From IMG/VR virus record IMGVR_UViG_3300044608_002890: DNA of 64,000 nucleotides. One strand, 5' to 3'. Positions 28,841 to 38,525 of the stretch are shown here, one piece after another. Every line of letters begins with the position of its first letter. The stretch's first letter is position 1. Source of the stretch: a virus. The translations under genes were made by a program, and so were the position numbers. The notes under the pieces are model-generated. The model was given only the letters and a program-made list of their open reading frames with translations, searched no databases and was not told where the DNA came from.

Positions 28841-29529
28841 TGTTCAAAAGATTATTAGTCTACCATCATTTAGGTCTTGGTGACCATTTTATTTGCAACG
28901 CACTTGTACATCATTTTGCGGAAAACTTTGCCGAAGAAATATGGTTGCCAGTCAAAGAAGCTAATCTACCAACTGTCAAGCATCTCTATGAAGATCATGA
29001 AAACATCAAAATCATAAGTACTTCGGAAAATGAATATCATAAAGAGATTCTTGGTATAAATAACCTCAGCACCCAATACAATGTACCTTTGCTTAAAATT
29101 GGTTTCAATGGCGACAACAGCAAAGAATTTGATCGCTCATTCTATGACCAAGTTGGTTTGGATTTTGACCTTAGATGGGCCGGATTCAAAGCTCCGTATA
29201 ATGATCAATCAGCCATGGATTTCTACAATGAGATCATAGGCAATGGTGAGCCCTATGCTCTGGTTCATGATACTGGCAGCATAGGATCTTTCAATTTGAA
29301 TCTAGATACAAATCTACGCATCATTAAAATACAGGCTGGTCTCACCGACAGTCTTTTGAACTGGAAATCTATCATAGAAAATGCCGAAGAAATTCATTGC
29401 ATAGACAGCAGCGTAATTCATCTTGTTGATAGTCTTAGGGTTGGGGCTTCTAGGTTAGTATTTCATGATGTTGGTCGACCAAGTAAATTCAACTTATTTT
29501 ATGAGTGGGAGCGAAAGACATATAAATGA
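28840..29529 (+). CDS. Putative GT-B glycosyltransferase-like protein
   Basis: HHLGLGDHF N-terminal motif and AEEIHCIDSS C-terminal motif resembling GT9/fucosyltransferase-type folds. Confidence 0.5.
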   Translation: MFKRLLVYHHLGLGDHFICNALVHHFAENFAEEIWLPVKEANLPTVKHLYEDHENIKIISTSENEYHKEILGINNLSTQYNVPLLKIGFNGDNSKEFDRSFYDQVGLDFDLRWAGFKAPYNDQSAMDFYNEIIGNGEPYALVHDTGSIGSFNLNLDTNLRIIKIQAGLTDSLLNWKSIIENAEEIHCIDSSVIHLVDSLRVGASRLVFHDVGRPSKFNLFYEWERKTYK

Positions 29530-30248
29530 TGAACATTGTCATACCCATGGCCGGACTGGGCAGTAGATTTGCCGAAGCTGGTTTTAGTATCCCCAAGCCG
29601 CTGATTCCGGTCAATGGCGAAGCAATGATCAGCAAAGCAGTTAAAAGCCTAAACCTACAGGGCCAGTATTATTTTATACTGTCAAGTAATTCTTATACCA
29701 AGCACATAATAGAAGTACTTGAAAGCATCGTCAAAAAACCGCATTTTTGCATCATAGATTATGTTACAAACGGTCCAGCTTCCTCAGTGCAGTTGGTTAG
29801 CGAACATATAAATAATTCTGATGAACTAGTTGTTGCCAACTGTGACCAGATCATGACCTGGAACAGTGCAGCATTTTTACATAATGCCAGACTATACGAT
29901 GGTTGTTTAGTGACCTATCATTCGGATACTACTAAAAATAGTTATGCTAAACTCAATGCCAAGGGTCTAGTAACTGAAGTCCGAGAAAAACAAGTTATTA
30001 GTAACGTAAGTCTTAACGGTATCCACTATTGGAAGCAGGGTCGGTATTTTTGCGACTCATATGAAGCCATGGTCCAAAATAATGATACAGCACCTAATGG
30101 TGAGTTTTATGTAGGACCTTCGTACAACTATATGATTAGAAATAACAGGATAGTAGGTATCTATCATATTCCTAACGAACAACATCATCCAGTAGGTGTG
30201 CCCGATGATCTTAAAGCATATCTACAGTTTGAGAATAACACCTTATGA
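29526..30248 (+). CDS. Sugar/polyol-phosphate nucleotidyltransferase (NTP_transferase)
   Basis: IVIPMAGLGSRF..AGF..PKPLI, GPASSV, NCDQ, NGEFYVGP. Confidence 0.85.
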   Translation: MMNIVIPMAGLGSRFAEAGFSIPKPLIPVNGEAMISKAVKSLNLQGQYYFILSSNSYTKHIIEVLESIVKKPHFCIIDYVTNGPASSVQLVSEHINNSDELVVANCDQIMTWNSAAFLHNARLYDGCLVTYHSDTTKNSYAKLNAKGLVTEVREKQVISNVSLNGIHYWKQGRYFCDSYEAMVQNNDTAPNGEFYVGPSYNYMIRNNRIVGIYHIPNEQHHPVGVPDDLKAYLQFENNTL

Positions 30249-30260
30249 AAGAAGGAGAAG

Positions 30261-30953
30261 ATGGCAACAGATCTTGAAAAAATTGAAGCGTTTTTAGTCT
30301 ATGAGGTTGGAATTTGTCCAACCAATGACAATCATTTTGGTGGCAATCCAGAAGCACAGGCACAGTTAAATTTAAAAATTCAACAGCGTCCAGCTGAGCT
30401 AGCCAATTTGATTTATTTTCTTTTTAACAGAAAAGCGGCCGGTGAAAAGCTAGACTATTATGCTGAGATAGGTGCCTGTTCTGGTGGTACTACATTCTCC
30501 ATAAACAAATTTTTAAACTTCAAAGAGTTGTTGATTATTGATGACGGTGGAGCTGAAGCCGTTCATTATATCAATGCACGTGGCAATCAACTAAGAAGTC
30601 AAAATCTAGGTACAATTCCTCGCATAGAAATCATAGGTTCCTCTGCTGAACAGCGTGTCATTGACATGAGCAAACATATAGCTAGCAAACAACTATATGA
30701 CATTCTTTTTATTGATGGTGATCATAGCTATGAAGGTGTAAAAAATGATACTATTAATTACCTATCCATAGTTAGGTCTGGCGGTTATGTAATTTTTCAT
30801 GACACTAACCACATCAAAGGCATCATGGATTGGATGCAAGAAATACCATCGAGAGTTCCTGAATTAGAATTTGTTAATAAATTTAGTTTTAAAGACTCAT
30901 ACACAGATAGATTTCCAACTGGTATAGGAATTACTATTTTCAGAAAGTCATAG
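30261..30953 (+). CDS. Class I SAM methyltransferase (Methyltransf_24-like)
   Basis: EIGACSGGT, LFIDGDHSYEGVKND, GGYVIFHD. Confidence 0.85.
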   Translation: MATDLEKIEAFLVYEVGICPTNDNHFGGNPEAQAQLNLKIQQRPAELANLIYFLFNRKAAGEKLDYYAEIGACSGGTTFSINKFLNFKELLIIDDGGAEAVHYINARGNQLRSQNLGTIPRIEIIGSSAEQRVIDMSKHIASKQLYDILFIDGDHSYEGVKNDTINYLSIVRSGGYVIFHDTNHIKGIMDWMQEIPSRVPELEFVNKFSFKDSYTDRFPTGIGITIFRKS

Positions 30954-30954
30954 C

Positions 30955-31278
30955 ATGCAAGTAATGAAGTTGACAGATTTTACTAGAGGATGGTTCATAG
31001 GAAATTTTGACCCTAGTATTTTAAAAACCAAAGATTTCGAAGTTGGCGTTCTCACGCACAAAAAACATGAAGTATGGCCCAGACACTATCATAAAATTGG
31101 TACAGAGTATAATGTATTAGTTTCAGGAAGTATGACAGTGGCCAATACCCTTATTGGTCCTGGTGATGTATTTGTGTTTAATCCCCTGGACGTTGCTGAT
31201 CCTGTTTTTCATGAAGATTGTATTGTGGTATGCGTAAAGGTACCCAGTATACCTGGAGATAAGTATGAACTTGTTTAA
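30955..31278 (+). CDS. Cupin-fold protein
   Basis: RGWFIGNF, HYHKIGTEYNVLVSG, GDVF; overlaps the RLP start. Confidence 0.75.
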   Translation: MQVMKLTDFTRGWFIGNFDPSILKTKDFEVGVLTHKKHEVWPRHYHKIGTEYNVLVSGSMTVANTLIGPGDVFVFNPLDVADPVFHEDCIVVCVKVPSIPGDKYELV

Positions 31279-32458
31279 AGAAAAGAGTGAAATAGATTCA
31301 TCCAAATACTTTATAGCTACCTATGCTGCTATTTCAAAAACTACGCTCAAAGAATTGGCCTGGGATATAGCGGTTGGACAAAGTGTAGGTAACCCCAATG
31401 TTAGAAGTAAATGGGAAGACGATGCGTTATTTGAAACACATAGCTGTCTCATCCTAAACAATCAACAAGAGCTTGAAAACACTAACCGTGGCATCATAGA
31501 GATTGCTTTTCCGGTAGCCAACATAGACCTAGAGACCGACGGCGTTAATCATTTAATCTGTCAGCTCATGGGTGGGCATACTGACATAGATATCGTTCAG
31601 AGATGCAGGCTCATTGATCTAGACTTGCCCGATTGCATGAAAACAGTTTTCAAAGGACCTAAATTTGGTCTTTCAGGGCTAAGAAAAATAACTGGTAATT
31701 ATAACAAGCCCTTGTTGGGCGGCATAATTAAACCTAAAATTGTACATAAGAAACATGTGCTTGAAGATATGGTCAGAGCACTCATAGATGGAGGTGTCGA
31801 TTTCATCAAAGAAGATGAAATCATGAGCAGTGTACCTCATCTTCCTCTGGAGCAACGTGTAGACATAGTTGCCAATCTACTTGCCAAAGCAAACTATAAG
31901 CTGGCCTATTGTCATACCATCAATTGCGATCCGCATGATTTACAAAATCGCATCAACACAGTTGTTGAATTGGGCGGCAATGGGGTTCATATCAACATTT
32001 TGGGTGGCCTGGGTACGTATCATAGTGTGCGAAAAATGGATGTACCTATTTATATGCATCTGCAAAGTAGTGGTCAAAAGGTCCTGACTAATATTAATAA
32101 TCCTTATAGCATAAGCTGGCCTGTGGTCTGCCAACTTGCTACTCTAATGGGAGTAGATACCATACAGACTGGTATGATTGGTGGATATAGCAATGACGAT
32201 CCAGCAGAGATTTTAAAATGTTTGAACATTCTCAGAGCAGGCAATACTGTTCCAGCACTTAGTTGTGGGTTTCATCCAGGCATGGTAGACTGGGTGACCA
32301 AACAGGTAGGTAATGATTATTTGGCCAATAGCGGTAGTGCCATACATGGCCATCCTGGCGGAACTCTGGCCGGCACCAAAGCCATGCGCCAGGCCATAGA
32401 CAATGATCACAATACTGAATATGCTGATGCTATTAGGACCTGGGGGCTGGTGCAATAA
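31265..32458 (+). CDS. RuBisCO-like protein (form IV RLP)
   Basis: GPKFGLSG, GGIIKPK, GGVDFIKEDE (carbamylated Lys plus Mg ligands), SCGFHPG, AIHGHPGG. Confidence 0.88.
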   Translation: MNLFKEKSEIDSSKYFIATYAAISKTTLKELAWDIAVGQSVGNPNVRSKWEDDALFETHSCLILNNQQELENTNRGIIEIAFPVANIDLETDGVNHLICQLMGGHTDIDIVQRCRLIDLDLPDCMKTVFKGPKFGLSGLRKITGNYNKPLLGGIIKPKIVHKKHVLEDMVRALIDGGVDFIKEDEIMSSVPHLPLEQRVDIVANLLAKANYKLAYCHTINCDPHDLQNRINTVVELGGNGVHINILGGLGTYHSVRKMDVPIYMHLQSSGQKVLTNINNPYSISWPVVCQLATLMGVDTIQTGMIGGYSNDDPAEILKCLNILRAGNTVPALSCGFHPGMVDWVTKQVGNDYLANSGSAIHGHPGGTLAGTKAMRQAIDNDHNTEYADAIRTWGLVQ

Positions 32459-32460
32459 TC

Positions 32461-33183
32461 ATGCTAAAAGACAGACTAACGAACTACATCTACAGCGGTC
32501 AAGAGAGCGTAGCTAGCCAAAAGATGCTACAGGTTCTGAATCATATTCAGGATCTTGATGTTAAATGTATTTTAGATGTTGGCAGCTGGCATCTAAAACA
32601 AAGCATGGAATTCTTAAATGCTTTTCCTGATGCTCAGGTACATGCCTTTGAACCTGCGCCCGATAATTTCAACCTCTGTAAAAATACTCACATGTACATG
32701 GATCCACAGAACCGGGATCGCTTAAAGGTATACAATGTGGCCTTAGGCGATGTCAATGGAACCATAGATTTTTATGTTATTGATGACACCAAGGGCGACA
32801 GCAACGCAGGTGCTGCCAGTAAGTTTAAATTCAAGCCTGGAATGAATGGCAGTTTTTATAACCAAAATTGGATTCAAAAACAAGTAACAGTTAGTCAGTA
32901 TAGATTAGATGATTTTGTTCCCAAGTACATTAATATGCCTGTGGATATTTTGTGGATTGATGTACAGGGCGCAGAGTTGTTTGCTTTTAAAGGTGCTGAA
33001 AGGACCTTGAAGGATACTAAAATGATTTTTACTGAGGTTGGTCTAGAAGCCTACTACGAAGGTCAGAGTCTTAAACCACAGATTGATGAATATTTAAACA
33101 GTTTAGGATTCGAAGAAATTAAAGAAGCGTTTGAGCTGAACGGCTTTGCATACGAAGGCAACGCAGTGTATAAAAGAATATGA
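32461..33183 (+). CDS. FkbM-family methyltransferase
   Basis: LDVGS, HAFEP, VALGD, DILWIDVQGAEL, IFTEV. Confidence 0.88.
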   Translation: MLKDRLTNYIYSGQESVASQKMLQVLNHIQDLDVKCILDVGSWHLKQSMEFLNAFPDAQVHAFEPAPDNFNLCKNTHMYMDPQNRDRLKVYNVALGDVNGTIDFYVIDDTKGDSNAGAASKFKFKPGMNGSFYNQNWIQKQVTVSQYRLDDFVPKYINMPVDILWIDVQGAELFAFKGAERTLKDTKMIFTEVGLEAYYEGQSLKPQIDEYLNSLGFEEIKEAFELNGFAYEGNAVYKRI

Positions 33184-33659
33184 AAATTATAGCACACCGA
33201 GGCAATACACAGGGCCCTAACACACAAGAAGAAAACTATCCTGATTACATACAAAATGCCATTAGGCTAGGGTTTGATGTAGAGGTAGATCTTTGGGTAC
33301 AGGACAACGAACTTTGGTTAGGCCATGATGAACCTACTTATAAAATATATAAAGGTTGGCTCAACGAACGACATAATCGATTATGGATACACTGTAAGAA
33401 CCTAGATGCCCTAGAGTATTGCAGCATGTACAAAGATTTAAATTTCTTTGCGCACGATTCGGATCCCTATGTTGTAACCAGTAAAGGTTATATTTGGGCC
33501 TATCCTGGTCATTATGGTAAAACTGCTACAGTCATGGTCATGCCCGAATATGTGTTTCAGTTAGCACAGGCTACAGCTAGATTGCGCACCCACTATGGTA
33601 TCTGTACAGATTATGCTCAAAGGGTAAAAGATGAAACGGTCAGTAATAATACGAGGTAG
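33180..33659 (+). CDS. Glycerophosphodiester phosphodiesterase / PI-PLC-like protein
   Basis: IIAHRGN, EN, GFDVEVDLW, LGHD, WIHCKN, GICTDY. Confidence 0.75.
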   Translation: MKIIAHRGNTQGPNTQEENYPDYIQNAIRLGFDVEVDLWVQDNELWLGHDEPTYKIYKGWLNERHNRLWIHCKNLDALEYCSMYKDLNFFAHDSDPYVVTSKGYIWAYPGHYGKTATVMVMPEYVFQLAQATARLRTHYGICTDYAQRVKDETVSNNTR

Positions 33660-34431
33660 TCTGGGTAACAGTAAAAATCCAACTAATTTTACCCAGCAAG
33701 TCGTAGACAGCATCAGAAGCTGGCATAATGATGAAATAATACTTAGCACCTGGGAACATCAGTTAGACCAAGCCCGACATATACTGGGCATAGACAAGAT
33801 TATACTTAGCAAAGACCCTGGTCATGATCCTGGCCATACCATGCGTCAATACATTACCTATGAGGCAGGACTCAACGTAGCTCAAGGTGAACAAATACTA
33901 GTAACTCGAACTGACATGCTGCATTTTAGAAATTTGTTTGAATTCATAGGCAGCAATGTGGCTCGTACACCAGAAAACATGGGGGCATTTACACACAAAT
34001 TGGTCATAGGCAACATGATGACCATTAGGCCCGATAGTTCAGAGATTGTTAGAACCTTTAGACCCAGTGACTGGTTTCAGTGCGGTTGGGCTCAGGACAT
34101 GCGCAAATGGTGCGGCATTGGTCAGGAAATTCGTAGTATAAATTGGAATCTATATGCTGATCTGTATGCCAGACAGCAGACCTGTACTGAAAAATTGTGG
34201 TTTAGTTTGGTACTGCAGAAGTATTTTAACAATGATCTCACCTGGAATAATACTGCTGAGTTCGATGGGTTAGCCTGGCATGCCATTAATGATAACTTTT
34301 TAGTTTTAGATAACATAAGTACAGCCCGCACCATGAATCTAAACTGGACATTTCAACCACAAAGATTGCACTGTTACTACACAGAAAAACTTTATAACAT
34401 GAAACTTCAAGAACTATGTACAAGGAATTAA
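33631..34431 (+). CDS. WavE-like LPS synthesis protein
   Basis: SVIIRG, ILSTWE, DPG, VTRTDM, SDWFQCG. Confidence 0.55.
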   Translation: MKRSVIIRGSLGNSKNPTNFTQQVVDSIRSWHNDEIILSTWEHQLDQARHILGIDKIILSKDPGHDPGHTMRQYITYEAGLNVAQGEQILVTRTDMLHFRNLFEFIGSNVARTPENMGAFTHKLVIGNMMTIRPDSSEIVRTFRPSDWFQCGWAQDMRKWCGIGQEIRSINWNLYADLYARQQTCTEKLWFSLVLQKYFNNDLTWNNTAEFDGLAWHAINDNFLVLDNISTARTMNLNWTFQPQRLHCYYTEKLYNMKLQELCTRN

Positions 34432-34432
34432 C

Positions 34433-35386
34433 ATGAAAGATTTTTTATTTTTTAATTATGATTGGGTAGCAAATAGTACATATTTGTTCAAAAGTTTCGA
34501 AGTGTCTGGTTACAGTTGTGATTTTGTAAATGAACAACAACTCCAATCTTTTGTACCACCATCTCAATATAGGGTAGTTGTTGCTTACCTGCATGAGCCC
34601 TGGCAGATTCCCATAATCAACAGGCTCATGTCTATGTACTTTAAGGATAGTTTCTTTGTACAGCATGATGACACTGACGAAGAACATGTACAACGTTGGT
34701 TTGAAAGATCTCCTGACCTAATCATGCAAAGGGAATTGACTGCTGCAAGCCAGAACCCTTATAATTGTCCTACGTACCCGCAGCATTTTCCCATACCCAG
34801 CATATACCGTGACAACAGCGAAAAGACCTTGGATGTGATGTTCATGGGAACGCCAACTAATCCTGGTAGAGTTCGATTTGTGCAGAAGTTGTTGGAACTT
34901 AGTACTGGTCCGCTTAAACATCTTAACTGGGGACTGCAGTATAGCAAAGAAAGAGCCAAGGGACGTAATCCAGATTTGTTTATAAAAGCAGCAAATTCAA
35001 CAAAGATTGGATTGAACTTTCCTGGTAACAGTCGTGATCAATGGAGGACCTGGGAGTTAGCCAGTGCTGGTTGCGCTATACTTATGCCCCAGAGTCCACT
35101 GCTAAGTATCAGACCCGATCATCAGCCCTTTGAAGAATATGTTAGGTTTAAAGATGATTTGTCTGATCTAGAAGAAAAAATTGTTTGGCTTTTGGAAGCA
35201 GATAGGTGGAAGGACTGGGGCAATAAGGCCAAACAAAGCTATGATTTATTTCATACACCGGAAAAATGCTTTGAGCACTATCATGATTGCGTACTAAGGC
35301 ATGCTCCGGTTCAGCCACGTACTATCATTCCACATAGTGCTGAAAGCTACTTTGACGCCTGGCGTAAAAACCCTAACAACTACTGA
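34433..35386 (+). CDS. Glycosyltransferase (GT-B, CgeB/Glyco_trans_1_2-like)
   Basis: DVMFMGT...R, KIGLNFPG, RTWELASAGCAIL, DLEEKIVWLL. Confidence 0.65.
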   Translation: MKDFLFFNYDWVANSTYLFKSFEVSGYSCDFVNEQQLQSFVPPSQYRVVVAYLHEPWQIPIINRLMSMYFKDSFFVQHDDTDEEHVQRWFERSPDLIMQRELTAASQNPYNCPTYPQHFPIPSIYRDNSEKTLDVMFMGTPTNPGRVRFVQKLLELSTGPLKHLNWGLQYSKERAKGRNPDLFIKAANSTKIGLNFPGNSRDQWRTWELASAGCAILMPQSPLLSIRPDHQPFEEYVRFKDDLSDLEEKIVWLLEADRWKDWGNKAKQSYDLFHTPEKCFEHYHDCVLRHAPVQPRTIIPHSAESYFDAWRKNPNNY

Positions 35387-35392
35387 GGATAT

Positions 35393-35680
35393 ATGAAATA
35401 CAAGTATCGAGAAAATGAGCTCATGCAACAACTACAGGCCTATGTTGACAGTACCTATGGTGAACATTATGCTCAGGGAAAAATTCAGACCACCGAATTC
35501 ATCATTGATTGTGGTGATGGCATACCGCACACACGGAGCAACATCATCAAATATTCGCAGCGTTACGGCAGAAAAGGAGGCCGAAACAGAAAAGACATAT
35601 TGAAGATTTTACACTATGCCCTTATAATGTTGTATGTGCATGATTTGGAAACCCAAGGAGTAGATAATGCAGATCAGTAA
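35393..35680 (+). CDS. Conserved T4-like protein upstream of the sliding clamp (DUF3310-like)
   Basis: YVDSTYGEHY, NIIKYSQRYGRK, DILKILHYA. Confidence 0.75.
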   Translation: MKYKYRENELMQQLQAYVDSTYGEHYAQGKIQTTEFIIDCGDGIPHTRSNIIKYSQRYGRKGGRNRKDILKILHYALIMLYVHDLETQGVDNADQ

Positions 35681-36329
35681 TGAGACCATCCAGCTTCTAA
35701 AGAACTTTGCTACCATCAATAGCAACATCATCTTTAGGCCTGGCGACAAGATTGTTACCATGAGTACGGCCAAGAACATCTTTGCGGCTGCTACGGTAGC
35801 TGAAAATTTCCCTCGCGAAGTAGCCATCTATGACCTGAACAGTCTTTTGGCACTCATGACCTTGAATGAGAAATGTGAAGTTGACTTTAATGAAGAAAGC
35901 CTCCGCATCGCCCGCAACGGTGGAGACTTTGAATATTTTTATTCGGACCCAAGACTAGTAACTGCGCCACCAGCCAACAAGAGCATCGAAGTAGACAACC
36001 ACTTCCAGTTTAAGCTCAGCGCCGAAGACGTTCAGACCATGCAAAAGGCCATTGCCATTACGGCCAGCCCTAATATCTTCATCACCAGTAAGCTAAACCA
36101 AGTAACACTTAGCATCAGTGATAAGAAAAACGCCAAGGCCAATAGCTATAAAAAGGTCATTGGTCCAGGCTTCGATGACTTCAATGTATTCTTCGGCGTA
36201 GACATCTTCAAGATCATCCCCGATGCCTATACGGTAACAGTAAGCAAGAAAAAATTCCTGCATCTCAAGCACGAGACCAAGAATCTTGAATACTGGTTGG
36301 CCTGTGATCCAGATTCGACTTTTGCCTAA
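35667..36329 (+). CDS. gp45: Sliding clamp (T4 gp45)
   Basis: LKNFATINSNI, AIYDLNSLL, YFYSDP, YWLACD; precedes gp44. Confidence 0.93.
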   Translation: MQISNETIQLLKNFATINSNIIFRPGDKIVTMSTAKNIFAAATVAENFPREVAIYDLNSLLALMTLNEKCEVDFNEESLRIARNGGDFEYFYSDPRLVTAPPANKSIEVDNHFQFKLSAEDVQTMQKAIAITASPNIFITSKLNQVTLSISDKKNAKANSYKKVIGPGFDDFNVFFGVDIFKIIPDAYTVTVSKKKFLHLKHETKNLEYWLACDPDSTFA

Positions 36330-36505
36330 TGAATTCGCAGCCCAGCAAAGCCGAAGAGAACATTCGATATGTCGCTAGAATCATCAGCGAGCGCGAATGT
36401 GGATCTCAGGACCAATGGGAATATTATGTTCCACGCGCCTGGGAAGTAATTTTATTGGTCGAACAGTTAGGTTTTTTGAACAAGAAACGTTTCTGGGGTG
36501 AGTGA
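36329..36505 (+). CDS. 58-aa hypothetical protein (not in the ORF track)
   Basis: TAATG overlap with gp45; MNSQPSKAEENIRYVAR...RFWGE. Confidence 0.45.
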   Translation: MNSQPSKAEENIRYVARIISERECGSQDQWEYYVPRAWEVILLVEQLGFLNKKRFWGE

Positions 36506-36529
36506 AGTAAAATAAATTATGGAGTTATT

Positions 36530-37468
36530 ATGGAAATTCGTGATGAGCAGTTTTTGTGGGTTGAAAAATATCGTCCTCAGCGCTTGGCTGATTGTATCTT
36601 GCCCTCAGACCTATTACAGATGTTTGAGCAGCAGGTCCAGAAGGGACAGGTCCAGAACATGCTGCTATGCGGCACACCAGGCACAGGCAAAACCACAGTA
36701 GCTAGGGCACTTTGTGAAGAATTGGGCGTCGATTTTATTGTTATCAATGGCAGTCTGGACGGTGGTATTGATACTCTTAGAACCAAAATCAAAGACTTTG
36801 CCAGCACCGTCAGCTTCGGTGGCGGTATTAAGGTTGTAATTCTCGATGAGGCAGACTATCTGACTACGGCCACGCAGCCTGCGTTAAGAAACTTCATCGA
36901 AGAGTTTAGTGCTAATTGCAGGTTCATCTTTACCTGTAACTTCAAGAGTCGCATCATTGAGCCACTGTGGAGCAGGTTGGTAGTGGTGGAATTTAAGATA
37001 CCCAAGTCCGACAAGCCCAAGATTGCCAGTCGCTTCATGAAGCGTGTCAAATTCATTCTGGACAATGAAAAGATTGCATATGACGAAAAGGCCCTGGCCG
37101 CAGTAGTCATGAAGCATTTTCCGGACTATAGACGCACCATCAATGACTTGCAACGCTATGCCAGCATAGGTCGCATCGATGCCGGCGTGCTAAGCACCCT
37201 GGATGATGAAACCTTCAATGCTCTGGTAACTGCTCTGCGTGAAAAAGATTTCAAGGCCATGCGTACCTGGGTTGTGAACAACAATGATGATCCACATGCA
37301 GTATTTCGTCGCATCTATGACAACATCACAGACATCATCAACGAAGTGCCACAGGCCATTCTGATCCTGGCTGACTATCAGTACAAGGCAGCATTCGTAG
37401 CAGATCAGGAGTTGAATCTAGTTGCCTGTCTGACTGAACTCATGGCCACAGTTACCTGGAAGAACTAG
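36530..37468 (+). CDS. gp44: Clamp loader large subunit (T4 gp44)
   Basis: WVEKYRP, GTPGTGKTT, INGS, ILDEAD, LRNFIEEFS, FPDYRR. Confidence 0.96.
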   Translation: MEIRDEQFLWVEKYRPQRLADCILPSDLLQMFEQQVQKGQVQNMLLCGTPGTGKTTVARALCEELGVDFIVINGSLDGGIDTLRTKIKDFASTVSFGGGIKVVILDEADYLTTATQPALRNFIEEFSANCRFIFTCNFKSRIIEPLWSRLVVVEFKIPKSDKPKIASRFMKRVKFILDNEKIAYDEKALAAVVMKHFPDYRRTINDLQRYASIGRIDAGVLSTLDDETFNALVTALREKDFKAMRTWVVNNNDDPHAVFRRIYDNITDIINEVPQAILILADYQYKAAFVADQELNLVACLTELMATVTWKN

Positions 37469-37469
37469 C

Positions 37470-37646
37470 ATGGAAACTACCTGGACCAAAGACTACAAGA
37501 CAGCCCTGCTTCGCACCAGAGGTACTGGCTGGCGTCTGGTGTTGATCAACAGCATCACTGAACATCAGGAAGAGCTTTTCTTCGACAACATCTTCGATGC
37601 TCGAAGCTATGCACAAAACTGGATAGATGAGGCTGTAATATCATGA
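37470..37646 (+). CDS. 58-aa hypothetical protein (not in the ORF track)
   Basis: METTWTKDYK...WIDEAVIS; ATGA overlap with gp62. Confidence 0.45.
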   Translation: METTWTKDYKTALLRTRGTGWRLVLINSITEHQEELFFDNIFDARSYAQNWIDEAVIS

Positions 37647-38086
37647 AGTTCTTTGACGACGAAGTAGCTGATAAGCCCGTATTCGAAGAAATCGATGTAC
37701 GTGTTACCAAAGTCTCGCCCTTTGCCTGGGCCGACAGTATCTATCAGCATAACTACATGATGACCGCTGACAATGAGAAAGATTATAGCTCATACATGGT
37801 GAATAGAGCGCTGAGCATGGGCGAAGATACTGTGGCTGTAGCCAATGCCATGAATGGTCGCACGCATCTTGACCGAAAACTACAATATGATTTTCTTATA
37901 AATATCGTAAGAGCCAGAAAAAGATTCAACAAATGGATCAAGGCCGAGACTGTTGACGCGGTAGAAGTAATCAAAACATACTATGGCTATAGCACTGATA
38001 AAGCCGTCCAGGTTTTGCCCCTACTGTCCGATGCAGACATTGAAATCATGAAAAAAAGGACAAGAAAAGGTGGCTTAAATGGCTGA
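37643..38086 (+). CDS. gp62: Clamp loader small subunit (T4 gp62)
   Basis: YMVNRALS, QYDFLINIVRARKRFNKW, KTYYGYS. Confidence 0.9.
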   Translation: MKFFDDEVADKPVFEEIDVRVTKVSPFAWADSIYQHNYMMTADNEKDYSSYMVNRALSMGEDTVAVANAMNGRTHLDRKLQYDFLINIVRARKRFNKWIKAETVDAVEVIKTYYGYSTDKAVQVLPLLSDADIEIMKKRTRKGGLNG

Positions 38087-38510
38087 AGATTTCTTCAAAA
38101 TTGATTTCCCTGGCTACATGCCCCTGGAAATCAGTCTAAATCAACCCGACGATTTTTTAAAGGTTCGGGAGACTCTGACTCGCATCGGCGTAGCATCACG
38201 CAAAGACAATACCCTGTATCAAAGTTGTCACATACTGCACAAGCAGGGACGTTACTTCATAGTACATTTCAAAGAGTTGTTTGTGCTTGACGGCAAACCC
38301 GCTGATCTTACGGACAATGATCTGGAACGACGCAATACCATAGCCAAACTGCTGGTTGACTGGGGTTTGGTAAAGGTCCTGGATGCTGAAAGCATTCGTC
38401 ATCAGGCTCCTCTGAGTCAGATCAAGGTCATCAGTTTCCGTGAAAAGGACCAGTGGAATCTGGAAACAAAATACAATATCGGCAAAAAGAAACCCGACAA
38501 GACCTTATAA
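38079..38510 (+). CDS. regA: Translational repressor RegA
   Basis: DDFLKVRETLTRIGVAS, LYQSCHILHKQGRYFIVHFKELF, RRNTIAKLL. Confidence 0.97.
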   Translation: MAEDFFKIDFPGYMPLEISLNQPDDFLKVRETLTRIGVASRKDNTLYQSCHILHKQGRYFIVHFKELFVLDGKPADLTDNDLERRNTIAKLLVDWGLVKVLDAESIRHQAPLSQIKVISFREKDQWNLETKYNIGKKKPDKTL

Positions 38511-38513
38511 ATA
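38506..38513 (+). promoter_or_regulatory. T4-type late promoter TATAAATA upstream of hsp20
   Basis: Exact consensus overlapping the regA stop. Confidence 0.7.
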
Positions 38514-38525
38514 AAAGTATCCCCG

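Noticed and set aside
31265-32458. True RuBisCO (carbon fixation)
   Set aside because: Residues equivalent to His294, Arg295, His327 and Lys334 appear substituted, and there is no small subunit or PRK nearby
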